DNA from: an uncultured Bacteroidota bacterium | Lineage (GTDB): Bacteria > Bacteroidota > Bacteroidia > Flavobacteriales > Flavobacteriaceae | Reading direction: 5' to 3' | Length of the DNA stretch: 64,000 nt | NCBI GenBank assembly: GCA_902509675.1 | Contig: CABWYN010000003.1 | Coordinates: forward strand, 3,057 to 67,056 | Shown: positions 1 through 9,617 of the stretch, one piece after another | Numbering within the stretch: position 1 is the first letter of the stretch | How the letters are laid out: each line of letters begins with the position of its first letter | Made by a program: the position numbers and the translations under genes | The notes under the pieces: model-generated | The model's database searches: none | What the model saw: the letters and a program-made list of their open reading frames with translations, nothing else | Told to the model about the DNA's origin: nothing

Positions 1-1170
1 TTCTTTTTAATATTCTTGGTCTTTGCTTTTTCTTTTTTTGGATTTTACGAATTAACCCTTCCTTCTTCATGGGTTAACAAATCTTCGAGCAATGAATCTG
101 CTGCAGGAATTATAGGTATATTCTTCATGGCCTTAACATTGGCTATAGTATCTTTTTCTTGTACTGGGCCGATATTAGGATCTTTATTAGCTGGCTCGTT
201 AACAGGGGAATCTGGTGCTTGGGAGCTTACTGCTGGTATGGGTGGATTTGGATTAGCTCTCGGCCTTCCATTTGCTTTGTTTGCAATGTTCCCCAGTGTT
301 TTAGAAAAACTTCCAAAATCCGGCGGCTGGCTAAACACGATAAAGGTAACGCTAGGTTTTCTTGAGTTAGCATTGGCTTTAAAATTTCTGTCAAATGCTG
401 ATTTAGTTGCACATTGGGGAATTTTAAAAATAGAATTATTTCTTGGCCTTTGGGTAATAATTTTTCTTCTACTTGCCATCTATCTGCTTGGAAAAATTAA
501 ATTTCCTAAAGAAGAGCACCAACAAAAAATATCAAAAACTAGACTTACTTCAGCATTATTGGTTTTTGGATTTACATTATATCTAGCCTCGGGATTATTT
601 TATAATAAGGAAAAAGACTCTTACAATGCATTACCATTATTAAGTGGTTTGGCACCACCCCTAGGTTACAGTTATTTTTTCCCCAAAGATTGTCCTAATA
701 ATTTAGATTGTTTCAAAGACTTAAAATCAGGTATGGAGCACGCAAGAAAAGTGAATAAACCAGTTTTGTTAGATTTTACCGGTTATGCATGTGTGAATTG
801 TCGTAAAATGGAAGAGCATATTTGGCCATTACCGAGTGTTGATAAAATAATAAGGGACAACTATGTGCTAATTTCTCTCTATGTTGATGATAAAAAGAAA
901 TTGCCAGAAGGCGAACAACTATTTGTTAATAGAACCTCTGGGGTTGGTTTAAGAAAACTAGAAAATATTGGTCATAAATGGGCGTATTTTCAAGCGCAAT
1001 ATTTTAAAGTAAATTCTCAGCCTTATTACCTGCTTATGGATCCCAACAATTATAAGGTGCTTAATACTCCAGTTGGCTATACTCCTAATAAAGATGAATA
1101 CATCTCTTTTTTAAATTGTGGATTGGCTGAATTTAAAAAAGAAATTTCTATTTTTAAACTTAATGACTAG
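1..1170 (+). CDS. dsbD: Thiol:disulfide interchange protein DsbD-like, 5'-truncated by the window edge (membrane domain plus C-terminal thioredoxin-fold domain)
   Basis: The frame is open from nt 1; the listed ORF 16..1170 starts at an internal TTG. The N-terminal part is multi-pass hydrophobic. The C-terminal part has a thioredoxin-like CxxC (YACVNCRKME). Confidence 0.75.
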   Translation, partial: FFLIFLVFAFSFFGFYELTLPSSWVNKSSSNESAAGIIGIFFMALTLAIVSFSCTGPILGSLLAGSLTGESGAWELTAGMGGFGLALGLPFALFAMFPSVLEKLPKSGGWLNTIKVTLGFLELALALKFLSNADLVAHWGILKIELFLGLWVIIFLLLAIYLLGKIKFPKEEHQQKISKTRLTSALLVFGFTLYLASGLFYNKEKDSYNALPLLSGLAPPLGYSYFFPKDCPNNLDCFKDLKSGMEHARKVNKPVLLDFTGYACVNCRKMEEHIWPLPSVDKIIRDNYVLISLYVDDKKKLPEGEQLFVNRTSGVGLRKLENIGHKWAYFQAQYFKVNSQPYYLLMDPNNYKVLNTPVGYTPNKDEYISFLNCGLAEFKKEISIFKLND

Positions 1171-1585
1171 CAGTAAACAAAACAAATATGATGTTGCTTA
1201 TTTGAAGATGGCCAGAGAATGGGGTAAACTATCTTATTGTAAGAGGCGTCAAGTTGGAGCTATCATTGTCAAAAATAATATGATAATTTCTGATGGTTAT
1301 AATGGTGCTCCGTCTGGTTTTGAAAATATATGTGAGGATGAGGAGGGGTATACAAAATGGCATGTCCTCCACGCGGAAGCAAACGCAATTACGAAAGTTT
1401 CTGCCTCTACCCAATCCAGTGAAGGCGCTACCCTATATGTAACGCTTTCTCCATGCAGAGAATGTAGTAAGTTGATTCATCAGTCAAAAATCAAAAGAGT
1501 GGTTTACGGAGATCAATATAAAGACACTTCTGGACTTGATTTTCTTGAAAAAGCAGGAGTTGAAATTTGTCAAATCAAAATTTAA
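1163..1585 (+). CDS. dCMP (deoxycytidylate) deaminase, zinc-dependent CDA fold
   Basis: HAEANA and PCRECS zinc-ligand motifs. The ATG at 1163 overlaps the dsbD stop (ATGACTAG). The ORF-track start at 1118 lies inside dsbD and is rejected. Confidence 0.8.
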   Translation: MTSSKQNKYDVAYLKMAREWGKLSYCKRRQVGAIIVKNNMIISDGYNGAPSGFENICEDEEGYTKWHVLHAEANAITKVSASTQSSEGATLYVTLSPCRECSKLIHQSKIKRVVYGDQYKDTSGLDFLEKAGVEICQIKI

Positions 1586-1593
1586 AATTCAAA

Positions 1594-1791
1594 TTATTTT
1601 TTTTGAATCTTTTTAATTTTTTCATTTAATAACATAATCCTCATTATTATCAAACAACTAAGACCTGCCAATATCATTATGGCAGAGTTTAAATTCTCAT
1701 AGGAGAAAATATTTTCAAAATTAATTTGTGTCATATTGAAGACAATAATTGAGATTGCTAATATTGAAAGGCAGTATATAAGTATTTTCAT
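1594..1791 (-). CDS. Hypothetical small membrane protein (65 aa, two hydrophobic helices, K-rich C-terminus)
   Basis: ORF only. ATG start, convergent with the dCMP deaminase gene. No recognisable family. Confidence 0.35.
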   Translation of the reverse strand: MKILIYCLSILAISIIVFNMTQINFENIFSYENLNSAIMILAGLSCLIIMRIMLLNEKIKKIQKK

Positions 1792-2304
1792 TTCCTCAGT
1801 TTTGATGAATCTTTGTTAAAAACTTGACAGCATTGTTAATAAAATAGGCTTTTATTTACAAGAACTATTTCCAATCTTTGTTAGTTCGAATCTATAAATA
1901 AATTTTTATTAAATTTTAATCAAATGTCGATAATTTTAAGCCTTAAAAATACTGCATTTTATTTTAGTTTTTCTCAAAAATTTTTTTTTAAGAAAAAATA
2001 ATAGTCAATTTTTTATAGATCTATTCAGGCTTAATAAAATCTTATTTTTTTAATTAAGATTTAAAAACAATTATTTCAAAAAATTGTTTTTTAAAAGCTA
2101 ACTAAAAGAAAATCAGTTTCTTAAAGGTCTCAGATTTCTTTTGTTCACTGAATTTTTCGATTACCAATATTTTAATTTTTTTTAAATTTTTGGCCTAATA
2201 ATTCTGTTTTTTTAGCCGCTTTATTCGCAAAAAATTTATGTTAAAAAGTTGTTAAGAACTTATAGAGCCACGGCTACAAAAGATGATGAAATAAATTAGA
2301 ACTT

Positions 2305-2312
2305 TACGTTTG
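2305..2312 (+). promoter_or_regulatory. Candidate Bacteroidota -7 promoter element (TAcgTTTG) for nrdBA
   Basis: Exact TAnnTTTG match about 48 nt upstream of the nrdB ATG. No clear -33 TTG was seen. Confidence 0.3.
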
Positions 2313-2360
2313 CGTTAAATTAAAATTTTTACCATTCACTATAAAAATATTTAAAAAAAC

Positions 2361-3635
2361 ATGGAGATAGAACAGATAATTAAGAGAGATTACAGCACAA
2401 AACCATTTCATTTGGAAAAGATTAGTGGAGCTATCCAAAAAGCAATGGAGGCTGTTGGAGTTGGTACTGAACAGAATGCACAGGATGTTGCTTTTTCAGT
2501 TTATCAATCATTACTTGATCGAAAAAGGAATGATCAAGAATATATCCCAACCATTGAGGAGGTACAGGATATAGTAGAAACTGAACTTATGCAAAGTAAG
2601 TTTAAAGAGGCAGCTAAAGCCTATATTCTTTACAGAAACAAAAGGACTGAAAGAAGACAGTCTGATATCTTTGAAAAAAGAATTAATTTGAAACCGTACG
2701 AATACCCTCATCTGTATGAATACGTCCCAGCGATAAGGCATTCATACTGGATTCATTCTGAATTTAATTTTACAAGCGATATTCAAGACTTTAAGTCGCG
2801 CTTGTCTGCTACCGAAAGAAGCGCCATCAAAAACACCATGTTAGCAATCTCTCAGATTGAGGTAGCTGTAAAGTCTTTTTGGGGAGACCTATATCACAGA
2901 ATCCCAAAGCCAGAAATTGGCTCTGTTGGATCCACTTTTGCTGAAAGTGAAGTTCGTCACGCCGACGCTTACTCTCATTTACTAGAAATCTTAGGCTTGA
3001 ACTCAGAATTCAAAGAACTCAAAAAGAAACCTGCAATAATGAAAAGAGTTCGATACTTAGAAACCGCACTAAAGAATTCTAAAAGTGATGATGACAGAGA
3101 ATATGCAGAATCTATTCTCCTGTTCTCATTATTCATTGAGCATGTTTCCTTGTTCTCACAATTTTTAATCATCATGGCCTTTAATAAGCATAAAAATATG
3201 CTGAAAGGCATTTCTAATGTAGTTGAAGCCACTTCAAAAGAAGAACAAATTCATGGAGATTTTGGGATTGATTTAATCAAGGTTCTCAAAGAAGAAAATC
3301 CACAATGGTTTACCGACGAATACCACAAAAGAATTCAGGAAATGTGTACACAAGCTTTTGAAGCTGAAAAGGAAGTTGTGGACTGGATATTTGAAAATGG
3401 AGAATTAGACTTCTTACCAAAAGCCGTAGTAAACGAATTTCTAAAAAATAGATTTAATAAATCGCTTGAGAGTATAGGAATCGAAAAAATATTTGATATT
3501 GACCAAGCCCTAGTTCTTGAAACCGAGTGGTTTGACGATGAAATTATTGGAACAAAACACGGAGACTTTTTTGTAAAACGATCCATTAATTACAGTAAGA
3601 GAAGCCAAAGTATAACTAGTGACGACTTATTTTAG
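2361..3635 (+). CDS. nrdB: Ribonucleotide reductase small (radical-generating) subunit NrdB with an N-terminal ATP-cone (class Id-like)
   Basis: Residues ~4-95 resemble an ATP-cone (IIKRDYSTKPF..KI..AIQKA ... AKAYILYRNKR). A ferritin-like core follows with E..(30 aa)..EVRHxxxY, IEH and EEQIH ligand motifs, plus a C-terminal ..INYSK..SDDLF tail. Confidence 0.9.
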   Translation: MEIEQIIKRDYSTKPFHLEKISGAIQKAMEAVGVGTEQNAQDVAFSVYQSLLDRKRNDQEYIPTIEEVQDIVETELMQSKFKEAAKAYILYRNKRTERRQSDIFEKRINLKPYEYPHLYEYVPAIRHSYWIHSEFNFTSDIQDFKSRLSATERSAIKNTMLAISQIEVAVKSFWGDLYHRIPKPEIGSVGSTFAESEVRHADAYSHLLEILGLNSEFKELKKKPAIMKRVRYLETALKNSKSDDDREYAESILLFSLFIEHVSLFSQFLIIMAFNKHKNMLKGISNVVEATSKEEQIHGDFGIDLIKVLKEENPQWFTDEYHKRIQEMCTQAFEAEKEVVDWIFENGELDFLPKAVVNEFLKNRFNKSLESIGIEKIFDIDQALVLETEWFDDEIIGTKHGDFFVKRSINYSKRSQSITSDDLF

Positions 3636-3638
3636 AAT

Positions 3639-5417
3639 ATGGAGAAAAAACTAACCGAAACAAAAAAGAAAATAAATACTCACGAAAATTTAATTCAAGC
3701 GAGAAAAGAATCAATGAAGAAGTTTAATGAAGACTCTGAAAAGTCATTTGAGTGGCTCAATGAAAATAGCAGAAAATTCCTCGCTGCAGGATATTTAGGA
3801 GATAGTGTAAGTGCTGAACAGCGAATTGCAGACATTGCAGAAAGAGCAGAACATTTATTAGAAATGCCAGGCTTTGCCGAAAAATTTTACCATTACATGT
3901 CAGAGGGCTATTATTCACTTGCTTCTCCAGTTTGGTCAAATTTTGGAAAAGAACGTGGTTTACCAATTAGCTGTTTTGGTTCTCACGTAGACGATGATAT
4001 TGGCAACATATTATTTTCCCAGTCTGAAGTTGGGATGATGTCTAAACTTGGTGGCGGAACCTCTGGATACTTCGGAAAAATTAGACATCGTGGAGCAGCA
4101 ATAAAAAACAATGGGGAAGCATCGGGGGCAGTTCATATTATGAGACTCTTTGAATCTATGGTCGATGTTGTTAGTCAGGGTTCGGTTCGAAGAGGTCGTT
4201 TTTCTCCGTATTTACCTATTGATCACCCAGATATTATGGAATTCCTAGAAATTGGTACAGAGGGGAATCCGATACAGGAGTTAACCCATGGAGTTACTGT
4301 AACCAATAAATGGATGCAAGACATGATTGACGGTGACAATGAAAAGAGAACAGTTTGGGCTAAAGTTTTGCAAAGCCGCGGTGAAATGGGATATCCTTAT
4401 ATTTTCTTCACAGACAACGCAAATAACGGCGCGCCTGATGTTTATAAGGACAAAAATTTACCAATTTATGCGAGCAATTTATGTACAGAGATAATGTTGC
4501 CCTCAAACCATGACTGGTCTTTTGTTTGTGTTTTATCTAGTATTAATGTCTTACATTATGATAAATGGAAAGATACTGATGCTGTAGAAACTATGATTTA
4601 TTTTTTAGATGCTGTAATAACAGAATTCCTTGAAAAGTTAGAGACTTATAAAAACTCTGAAGACAGAGATGACCAACAAACTTTTCTGTTTATGGAAAGA
4701 GCATATAATTTCTCAAAAGAAAATAGGGCTCTAGGAATGGGAGTATTAGGCTGGCATTCTTTACTTCAATCAAAAATGTTGCCTTTTGATAGTCAAAGTG
4801 CATATGACCTTAATAGTGAAGTTTTCAAAAATATTAAAGAGCACTCAAACAAAGCTTCTAAAGATTTGGCAGAAAAGTTTGGAGAACCAGAGTTGCTGAA
4901 AGGTTATGGAAGAAGAAATACCACGCTAAATGCAGTAGCTCCAACTACATCTTCCGCATTTATTTTGGGACAGGTGTCACAGGGAATAGAGCCTGTCTGG
5001 TCTAATATTTATGTAAAGGATATTGCAAAAATCAAAACAACAATTAAAAATCCTTTTTTAATTAAACTTTTACAGGACAAAGGGATGGATACACCCGAAG
5101 TATGGAGACAAATACGTGATAGAGACGGTTCGGTTCAAGATTTAGATTTCTTATCTGAAAATGAAAAAGACGTTTTCAAAACATATTCTGAAATTGATCA
5201 ATTATCAATCATATATCAAGCGGCAAATAGACAAAATCATATTGATCAAGGACAATCGCTGAATATTATTATACACCCAGACACATCAACAAAGGAAATT
5301 AATAAGATTCATGTTACAGCATGGAAGCTTGGGCTTAAATCTTTGTACTATCAACACAGTATGAATGCAGCACAAAAGTTTAAGCAAAAGAAAGATTGCG
5401 AAAGTTGTGAAGGATAG
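3639..5417 (+). CDS. nrdA: Ribonucleotide reductase large (catalytic) subunit NrdA, short form without an ATP-cone (592 aa)
   Basis: ISCFGSH, NLCTEI (Asn-Cys-Glu catalytic motif) and a C-terminal CESCEG redox pair. Starts 3 nt after the nrdB stop. Confidence 0.9.
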   Translation: MEKKLTETKKKINTHENLIQARKESMKKFNEDSEKSFEWLNENSRKFLAAGYLGDSVSAEQRIADIAERAEHLLEMPGFAEKFYHYMSEGYYSLASPVWSNFGKERGLPISCFGSHVDDDIGNILFSQSEVGMMSKLGGGTSGYFGKIRHRGAAIKNNGEASGAVHIMRLFESMVDVVSQGSVRRGRFSPYLPIDHPDIMEFLEIGTEGNPIQELTHGVTVTNKWMQDMIDGDNEKRTVWAKVLQSRGEMGYPYIFFTDNANNGAPDVYKDKNLPIYASNLCTEIMLPSNHDWSFVCVLSSINVLHYDKWKDTDAVETMIYFLDAVITEFLEKLETYKNSEDRDDQQTFLFMERAYNFSKENRALGMGVLGWHSLLQSKMLPFDSQSAYDLNSEVFKNIKEHSNKASKDLAEKFGEPELLKGYGRRNTTLNAVAPTTSSAFILGQVSQGIEPVWSNIYVKDIAKIKTTIKNPFLIKLLQDKGMDTPEVWRQIRDRDGSVQDLDFLSENEKDVFKTYSEIDQLSIIYQAANRQNHIDQGQSLNIIIHPDTSTKEINKIHVTAWKLGLKSLYYQHSMNAAQKFKQKKDCESCEG

Positions 5418-5437
5418 TCAATAAAACTTATTCAATT

Positions 5438-5471
5438 AAAAAAGCCTCGAAATTTAATTCGAGGCTTTTTT
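5438..5471. terminator. Bidirectional intrinsic terminator between convergent nrdA and pit
   Basis: AAAAAA-GCCTCGAA-ATTTAA-TTCGAGGC-TTTTTT. An 8-bp stem flanked by an A-run and a T-run. Confidence 0.75.
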
Positions 5472-5490
5472 ATTTTTAACACTATATTAA

Positions 5491-7785
5491 TTATTCATCC
5501 TTTGGTTTAGCCGGCTTGACAGACTTGTCATACGAAACATAATATTCCTCAATAAGGCTCATCACTTCTTTCATTAAATCCTTAGACTCTTGAAGAATAC
5601 TAAAGTATAGCGCTGCATTTTTAGGACTTTTTTCTTCAGATGTTCTGGTTCTGGCTATCTGACTTTCAATTTTGTCTTCTAAAAGACCAATTGATTTATT
5701 TTTATCTTTTAGAACAGCTTTAATTTCTTCAAATGATTTTTGTTTAAACGTAGTTGAAATAGTTTCAAACAGTCTAGACATAACCTCTTGAATTGCTAAC
5801 AAGTCTCTAATCTGATTAAGGGTCAATTTACTATGATTGTTGTTAATATGCTTATGACTGATTTTTGACACATATTCAATAGATTGGGTTATATCCTGAA
5901 GATAGCCCAGTAGATTAATATAGAAATTACTAGCCCCAAGACTGGATTCATCTAAATTCTTAATAAAATAAAATAATTTGTCTTTTAATCGATCTACTTC
6001 GTCTGAAAGTTTTGTCACTTGCTTTTTATTTTTCTTTAGCTCAGATAAATCATGCATAGAAAGCCCTTTTATTACATTATTGTAAATCTTACTTGACCTA
6101 CTTAGAACTTTAGAAATATTCTTGGCACTTTCGTGTATTACTCCCTGAAGTGAACTACTTTCAGCTTCAACTAAACTTTCCTCAACAAACAAATTATTAG
6201 TCCTGTTTTTCCCGTTTATATAATTTCTTACAAGTAATAAGATTGCAAAGAAAATTAACACACCGATCATTAATTCACTAATATTAATTAGGTATGCAAT
6301 GGTACCTGCTGCTGTAAATGCAATCAGCGCAGTTCCAAACCAACCAGCAATTACATTTAATACTCCAGCTACCCTATAGACTGCACTATCACTGCCCCAA
6401 GCTCTATCGGATAAAGATGTACCCATAGCGACCATAAATGTTACATATGTTGTTGAGAGAGGTAGCTTGTAAGACGTGGCAATCGAAATTAACACTCCGG
6501 CGACCATAAGGTTGACTGACGCTCTTATAACATCAAAGTTAGGTCTATCTTCTTTAGCTATTTCTTTTGTAAATGTTTCAGGAACCGTAAATCTTTCTTC
6601 TATCATATTATTGACTGAATCAGGAACTATTTTCGAAAATAAGTCTGCAGAATTTGTTGCTAGTCTTACCAAAGATCTAGACAAAAAGTTAGGCTGAAAT
6701 CTTTCGTCAATATTACCTTGGTCAGAAAGATCAAGTGATGTTTTCACAACTTTTTTAGCGTTACTTGAAAACCACAATGTAAGCACCATTATTACTCCTG
6801 CAGCAAATAAAAGAAGGTTTGGAGTAGGAACTTTAGATGCTAAAATATCCATACTAAACTCACTTGCAGGAATTCCGGAAGCAACCCACGCTTCGTAAGA
6901 TTGCCATGCTGCAATAGGTACACCAATAAAGTTTACAAGGTCATTTCCAGCAAAGGCTAGCGCTAACCCAAATGTACCCACACCAATAATTATTTTATAG
7001 ATATTAAATTTAAAAAACTGGATAAAAGCATACGAAAGTAAAGACATGAATGCCGAGGTATACATTACGATTTGAAAAACATTATTTTCTAGAAAATCTT
7101 TTATTGTTACCCCACCAATTAAATCAAAACTTTGTTTTGCATAAGATGTTCCTTTAATACCCTTCATTAAAATAAAATAGGTTAGTGCGGTTAGTGCGAC
7201 ACCTCCAAATACAGCACCCACCCAATTAGGTTTTGTATTAAAATCATAGGATAATAAAAGTCTAGAAAACCATTGTACGACGGCACCAATTGTAAATGCA
7301 ACAAATACTGATAATAAAATTCCAGTGATAATTTGGGTTGCTTTTGAGGTATTGATATAATTAACAACATCCCCAAAAGATCCATTATCAATTCCAATTT
7401 TTATTAGTGCCATTGCAACAGATGCACCTAAAAGTTCAAAGACAATTGAAACGGTTGTTGAAGTGGGCATTCCAACGGAATTAAAAAATTCTAGTAATAA
7501 TATATCGGTAATCATTACCGCCATAAAGATGATCATTATTTCATTAAAGTAGAACTCTCCAGGATTAAAAATACCCTTTCTTGCAACCTCCATCATTCCG
7601 CTTGAAAAGACACATCCAATGAATATCCCAATACTCGCAACAATCATAATAGTTCTAAATGAAAGAACTTTTGAACCAAGTGCTGAGTTTAGAAAGTTTA
7701 CAGCATCATTACTTACCCCAACTATTAAATCAGCAACTGCAAGGGCAACCAGGGCAACCAACATTAATAAATATATATTTTCCAT
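5491..7785 (-). CDS. Inorganic phosphate transporter, PiT family, with a long C-terminal cytoplasmic helical (PhoU/DUF47-like) extension
   Basis: 764 aa. The N-terminus has GVSNDAVNFLNSALGS and there is a later GNDLVNFIGVP repeat, typical of PiT. The last ~230 aa are hydrophilic and coiled. Confidence 0.8.
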   Translation of the reverse strand: MENIYLLMLVALVALAVADLIVGVSNDAVNFLNSALGSKVLSFRTIMIVASIGIFIGCVFSSGMMEVARKGIFNPGEFYFNEIMIIFMAVMITDILLLEFFNSVGMPTSTTVSIVFELLGASVAMALIKIGIDNGSFGDVVNYINTSKATQIITGILLSVFVAFTIGAVVQWFSRLLLSYDFNTKPNWVGAVFGGVALTALTYFILMKGIKGTSYAKQSFDLIGGVTIKDFLENNVFQIVMYTSAFMSLLSYAFIQFFKFNIYKIIIGVGTFGLALAFAGNDLVNFIGVPIAAWQSYEAWVASGIPASEFSMDILASKVPTPNLLLFAAGVIMVLTLWFSSNAKKVVKTSLDLSDQGNIDERFQPNFLSRSLVRLATNSADLFSKIVPDSVNNMIEERFTVPETFTKEIAKEDRPNFDVIRASVNLMVAGVLISIATSYKLPLSTTYVTFMVAMGTSLSDRAWGSDSAVYRVAGVLNVIAGWFGTALIAFTAAGTIAYLINISELMIGVLIFFAILLLVRNYINGKNRTNNLFVEESLVEAESSSLQGVIHESAKNISKVLSRSSKIYNNVIKGLSMHDLSELKKNKKQVTKLSDEVDRLKDKLFYFIKNLDESSLGASNFYINLLGYLQDITQSIEYVSKISHKHINNNHSKLTLNQIRDLLAIQEVMSRLFETISTTFKQKSFEEIKAVLKDKNKSIGLLEDKIESQIARTRTSEEKSPKNAALYFSILQESKDLMKEVMSLIEEYYVSYDKSVKPAKPKDE

Positions 7786-7796
7786 TAATTAATTTT

Positions 7797-8795
7797 TTAT
7801 AATTTAAATTCAACATTAAAGAAGACCTCAAACAAATTAGTATCTAAGTTTTTGTAAGTAAAGCTTCTTGCATTTAAAGAAAACTTTACCCCATCATTAG
7901 CTTTGTATTGAGTTCCGATAATTATTAGTGAGCCATCATCATCATAGTTCCAAGAGTTTGTAACACCATCTAAAGTATTAGAGCTAATTTGATCAAATCT
8001 AGCAAAAACTTCATATTTATCACTTATAGAATATCTATTATAAATTGAAATTCCGTTGAGATTATGATTGTCTATTGGAGTTTTATATGTGGTTCCATTC
8101 TCCATCTTATTGTATTCAGCCCCAATACTATAATCTCCTACCTTATAGCCAGCAAATAATCCAATATTATTTAAAGATTCTGAATTTGCAGACGACTGTG
8201 TGTCATAATAAAATTTTAAATTAACAGAATTAGAAACAGCATAAATTAAATTAAAACCTATTCTTTGATTACCATCAGCATCTTGTGGGTTTTTATATCC
8301 TTCACCATTTAAAGCAAAAATATTAGTGGTCAACTTATCACTTAATTTTATTTCTGCATTAACTCCAAGGTCTGCACTAGACCCAAATTTATTTTCGTCT
8401 TGTAAAGTTTTATAGATATATCTATATCCCCAAACTTTTTCTTGATCGTTAAATTGCTTTCCACCAATCATACCCATACTAAGTTTTATTTTTGTGCTTA
8501 GTTTGTAATCAAGTTGTGCAATTTTAACAAAGGCAGTGTAATTGCTACCTGAATCATTTTTACCTACATCATAAGTAATTTTTGCAGAAACATTGTCGTT
8601 AAATTTGTATTTATATCCAAGATATACTCGGTCAAGCTCAAAGGCACTGGTTTGGGTAACATCATCGGAAAAATCATAATTGTAATTCCAAAATACTTTG
8701 AAATGAGGCTCTCCTTTAGGTTCACTTTCGGAATTTTGAGCGAATGTAAAAAAGCTAATGAGACTAAATAATAAGATCAATTTTTTTAATTTCAT
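7797..8795 (-). CDS. Outer-membrane porin-like beta-barrel, probably co-transcribed with PiT (putative anion/phosphate porin)
   Basis: Signal peptide MKLKKLILLFSLISFFTFAQ. Alternating beta-strand pattern and a C-terminal ..FNVEFKL. Only 11 nt upstream of the pit start. Confidence 0.55.
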   Translation of the reverse strand: MKLKKLILLFSLISFFTFAQNSESEPKGEPHFKVFWNYNYDFSDDVTQTSAFELDRVYLGYKYKFNDNVSAKITYDVGKNDSGSNYTAFVKIAQLDYKLSTKIKLSMGMIGGKQFNDQEKVWGYRYIYKTLQDENKFGSSADLGVNAEIKLSDKLTTNIFALNGEGYKNPQDADGNQRIGFNLIYAVSNSVNLKFYYDTQSSANSESLNNIGLFAGYKVGDYSIGAEYNKMENGTTYKTPIDNHNLNGISIYNRYSISDKYEVFARFDQISSNTLDGVTNSWNYDDDGSLIIIGTQYKANDGVKFSLNARSFTYKNLDTNLFEVFFNVEFKL

Positions 8796-8874
8796 GATGA
8801 AATTTTATTTATCACAAATATTAAAATACAATTCGGGTCCAATGTTAACTCAATGTTAAGTTATAGTCAAATAA

Positions 8875-9561
8875 TTATTTGCCTTTAATCGAGTAATTAT
8901 AGTTTAATCTTAATATGTGATGAGATATAGGAGAATCAACTCTAACTTCTTCTTGAAGTATATATTTTATTGTTAAAGAATTTGGTCCTTTTAAATTTAG
9001 TTTTGTGCCAAATGAAAATCTGTATTTTTTGTAATTATCATCAAAATTTAAATCATCTTTTGTAAAGAACTCAATCCCGATTCTTGGATCAGCTTTCCAG
9101 TCTTCAATATCATATCTAACCTCAAATCTCGTTCTAAAAAAATCATTGTTTACAGAATCAGAAATTCCAACTTCATTTTTTCTTTGAAATTGAAGTCTCA
9201 ATCGGAAATCAAATTTTTTATAATCATACGCACCAGTAATAAAAGCATGATATCTATTAAATTTTTCATGACCTTGTATATTTCCAACATCATCTAATTC
9301 GTCTATTCCTCTAAATCCAAATCCAGAACTTAGATAGTCATTAATTTTAACTTTTGCTCCTAATTCATAAAAGGATTTATTGTACGAATCACCAACGGAC
9401 TTAATTCTTAATTGTCCACCGACGTATATATCTACATTTTTTATTAATTCATAATCAACTTCAATACTAGACCAATTTTCATATACATCTTCATTTTGAG
9501 CAACTAGGGTAACTAAGGTTCCTAGAAAAAATAATAGTGACAGTTTGATTTTCATTTCCAA
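8875..9561 (-). CDS. Predicted outer-membrane beta-barrel protein (DUF2490-like)
   Basis: Signal peptide ..LVTLVAQ, amphipathic strand pattern and an aromatic-rich C-terminus. The family assignment is from memory only. Confidence 0.4.
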   Translation of the reverse strand: MEMKIKLSLLFFLGTLVTLVAQNEDVYENWSSIEVDYELIKNVDIYVGGQLRIKSVGDSYNKSFYELGAKVKINDYLSSGFGFRGIDELDDVGNIQGHEKFNRYHAFITGAYDYKKFDFRLRLQFQRKNEVGISDSVNNDFFRTRFEVRYDIEDWKADPRIGIEFFTKDDLNFDDNYKKYRFSFGTKLNLKGPNSLTIKYILQEEVRVDSPISHHILRLNYNYSIKGK

Positions 9562-9617
9562 ATAATTTTAATTAAATATAAATGAATATTATATTATAAA
9601 AGAATTTAAAATTAAAA

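Noticed and set aside
2200-2290. Possible cobalamin riboswitch upstream of nrdB (a GCCACGG string resembling the B12 box GCCACTG).
   Set aside because: The surrounding sequence is far too AT-rich and lacks the other conserved GC-rich helices of the cobalamin aptamer. This is a single near-match only.
1792-2360. Possible replication origin, given the long AT-rich gap.
   Set aside because: There is no cluster of DnaA boxes, only isolated 7-of-9 matches such as TTATTTACA. No dnaA or dnaN gene is nearby.
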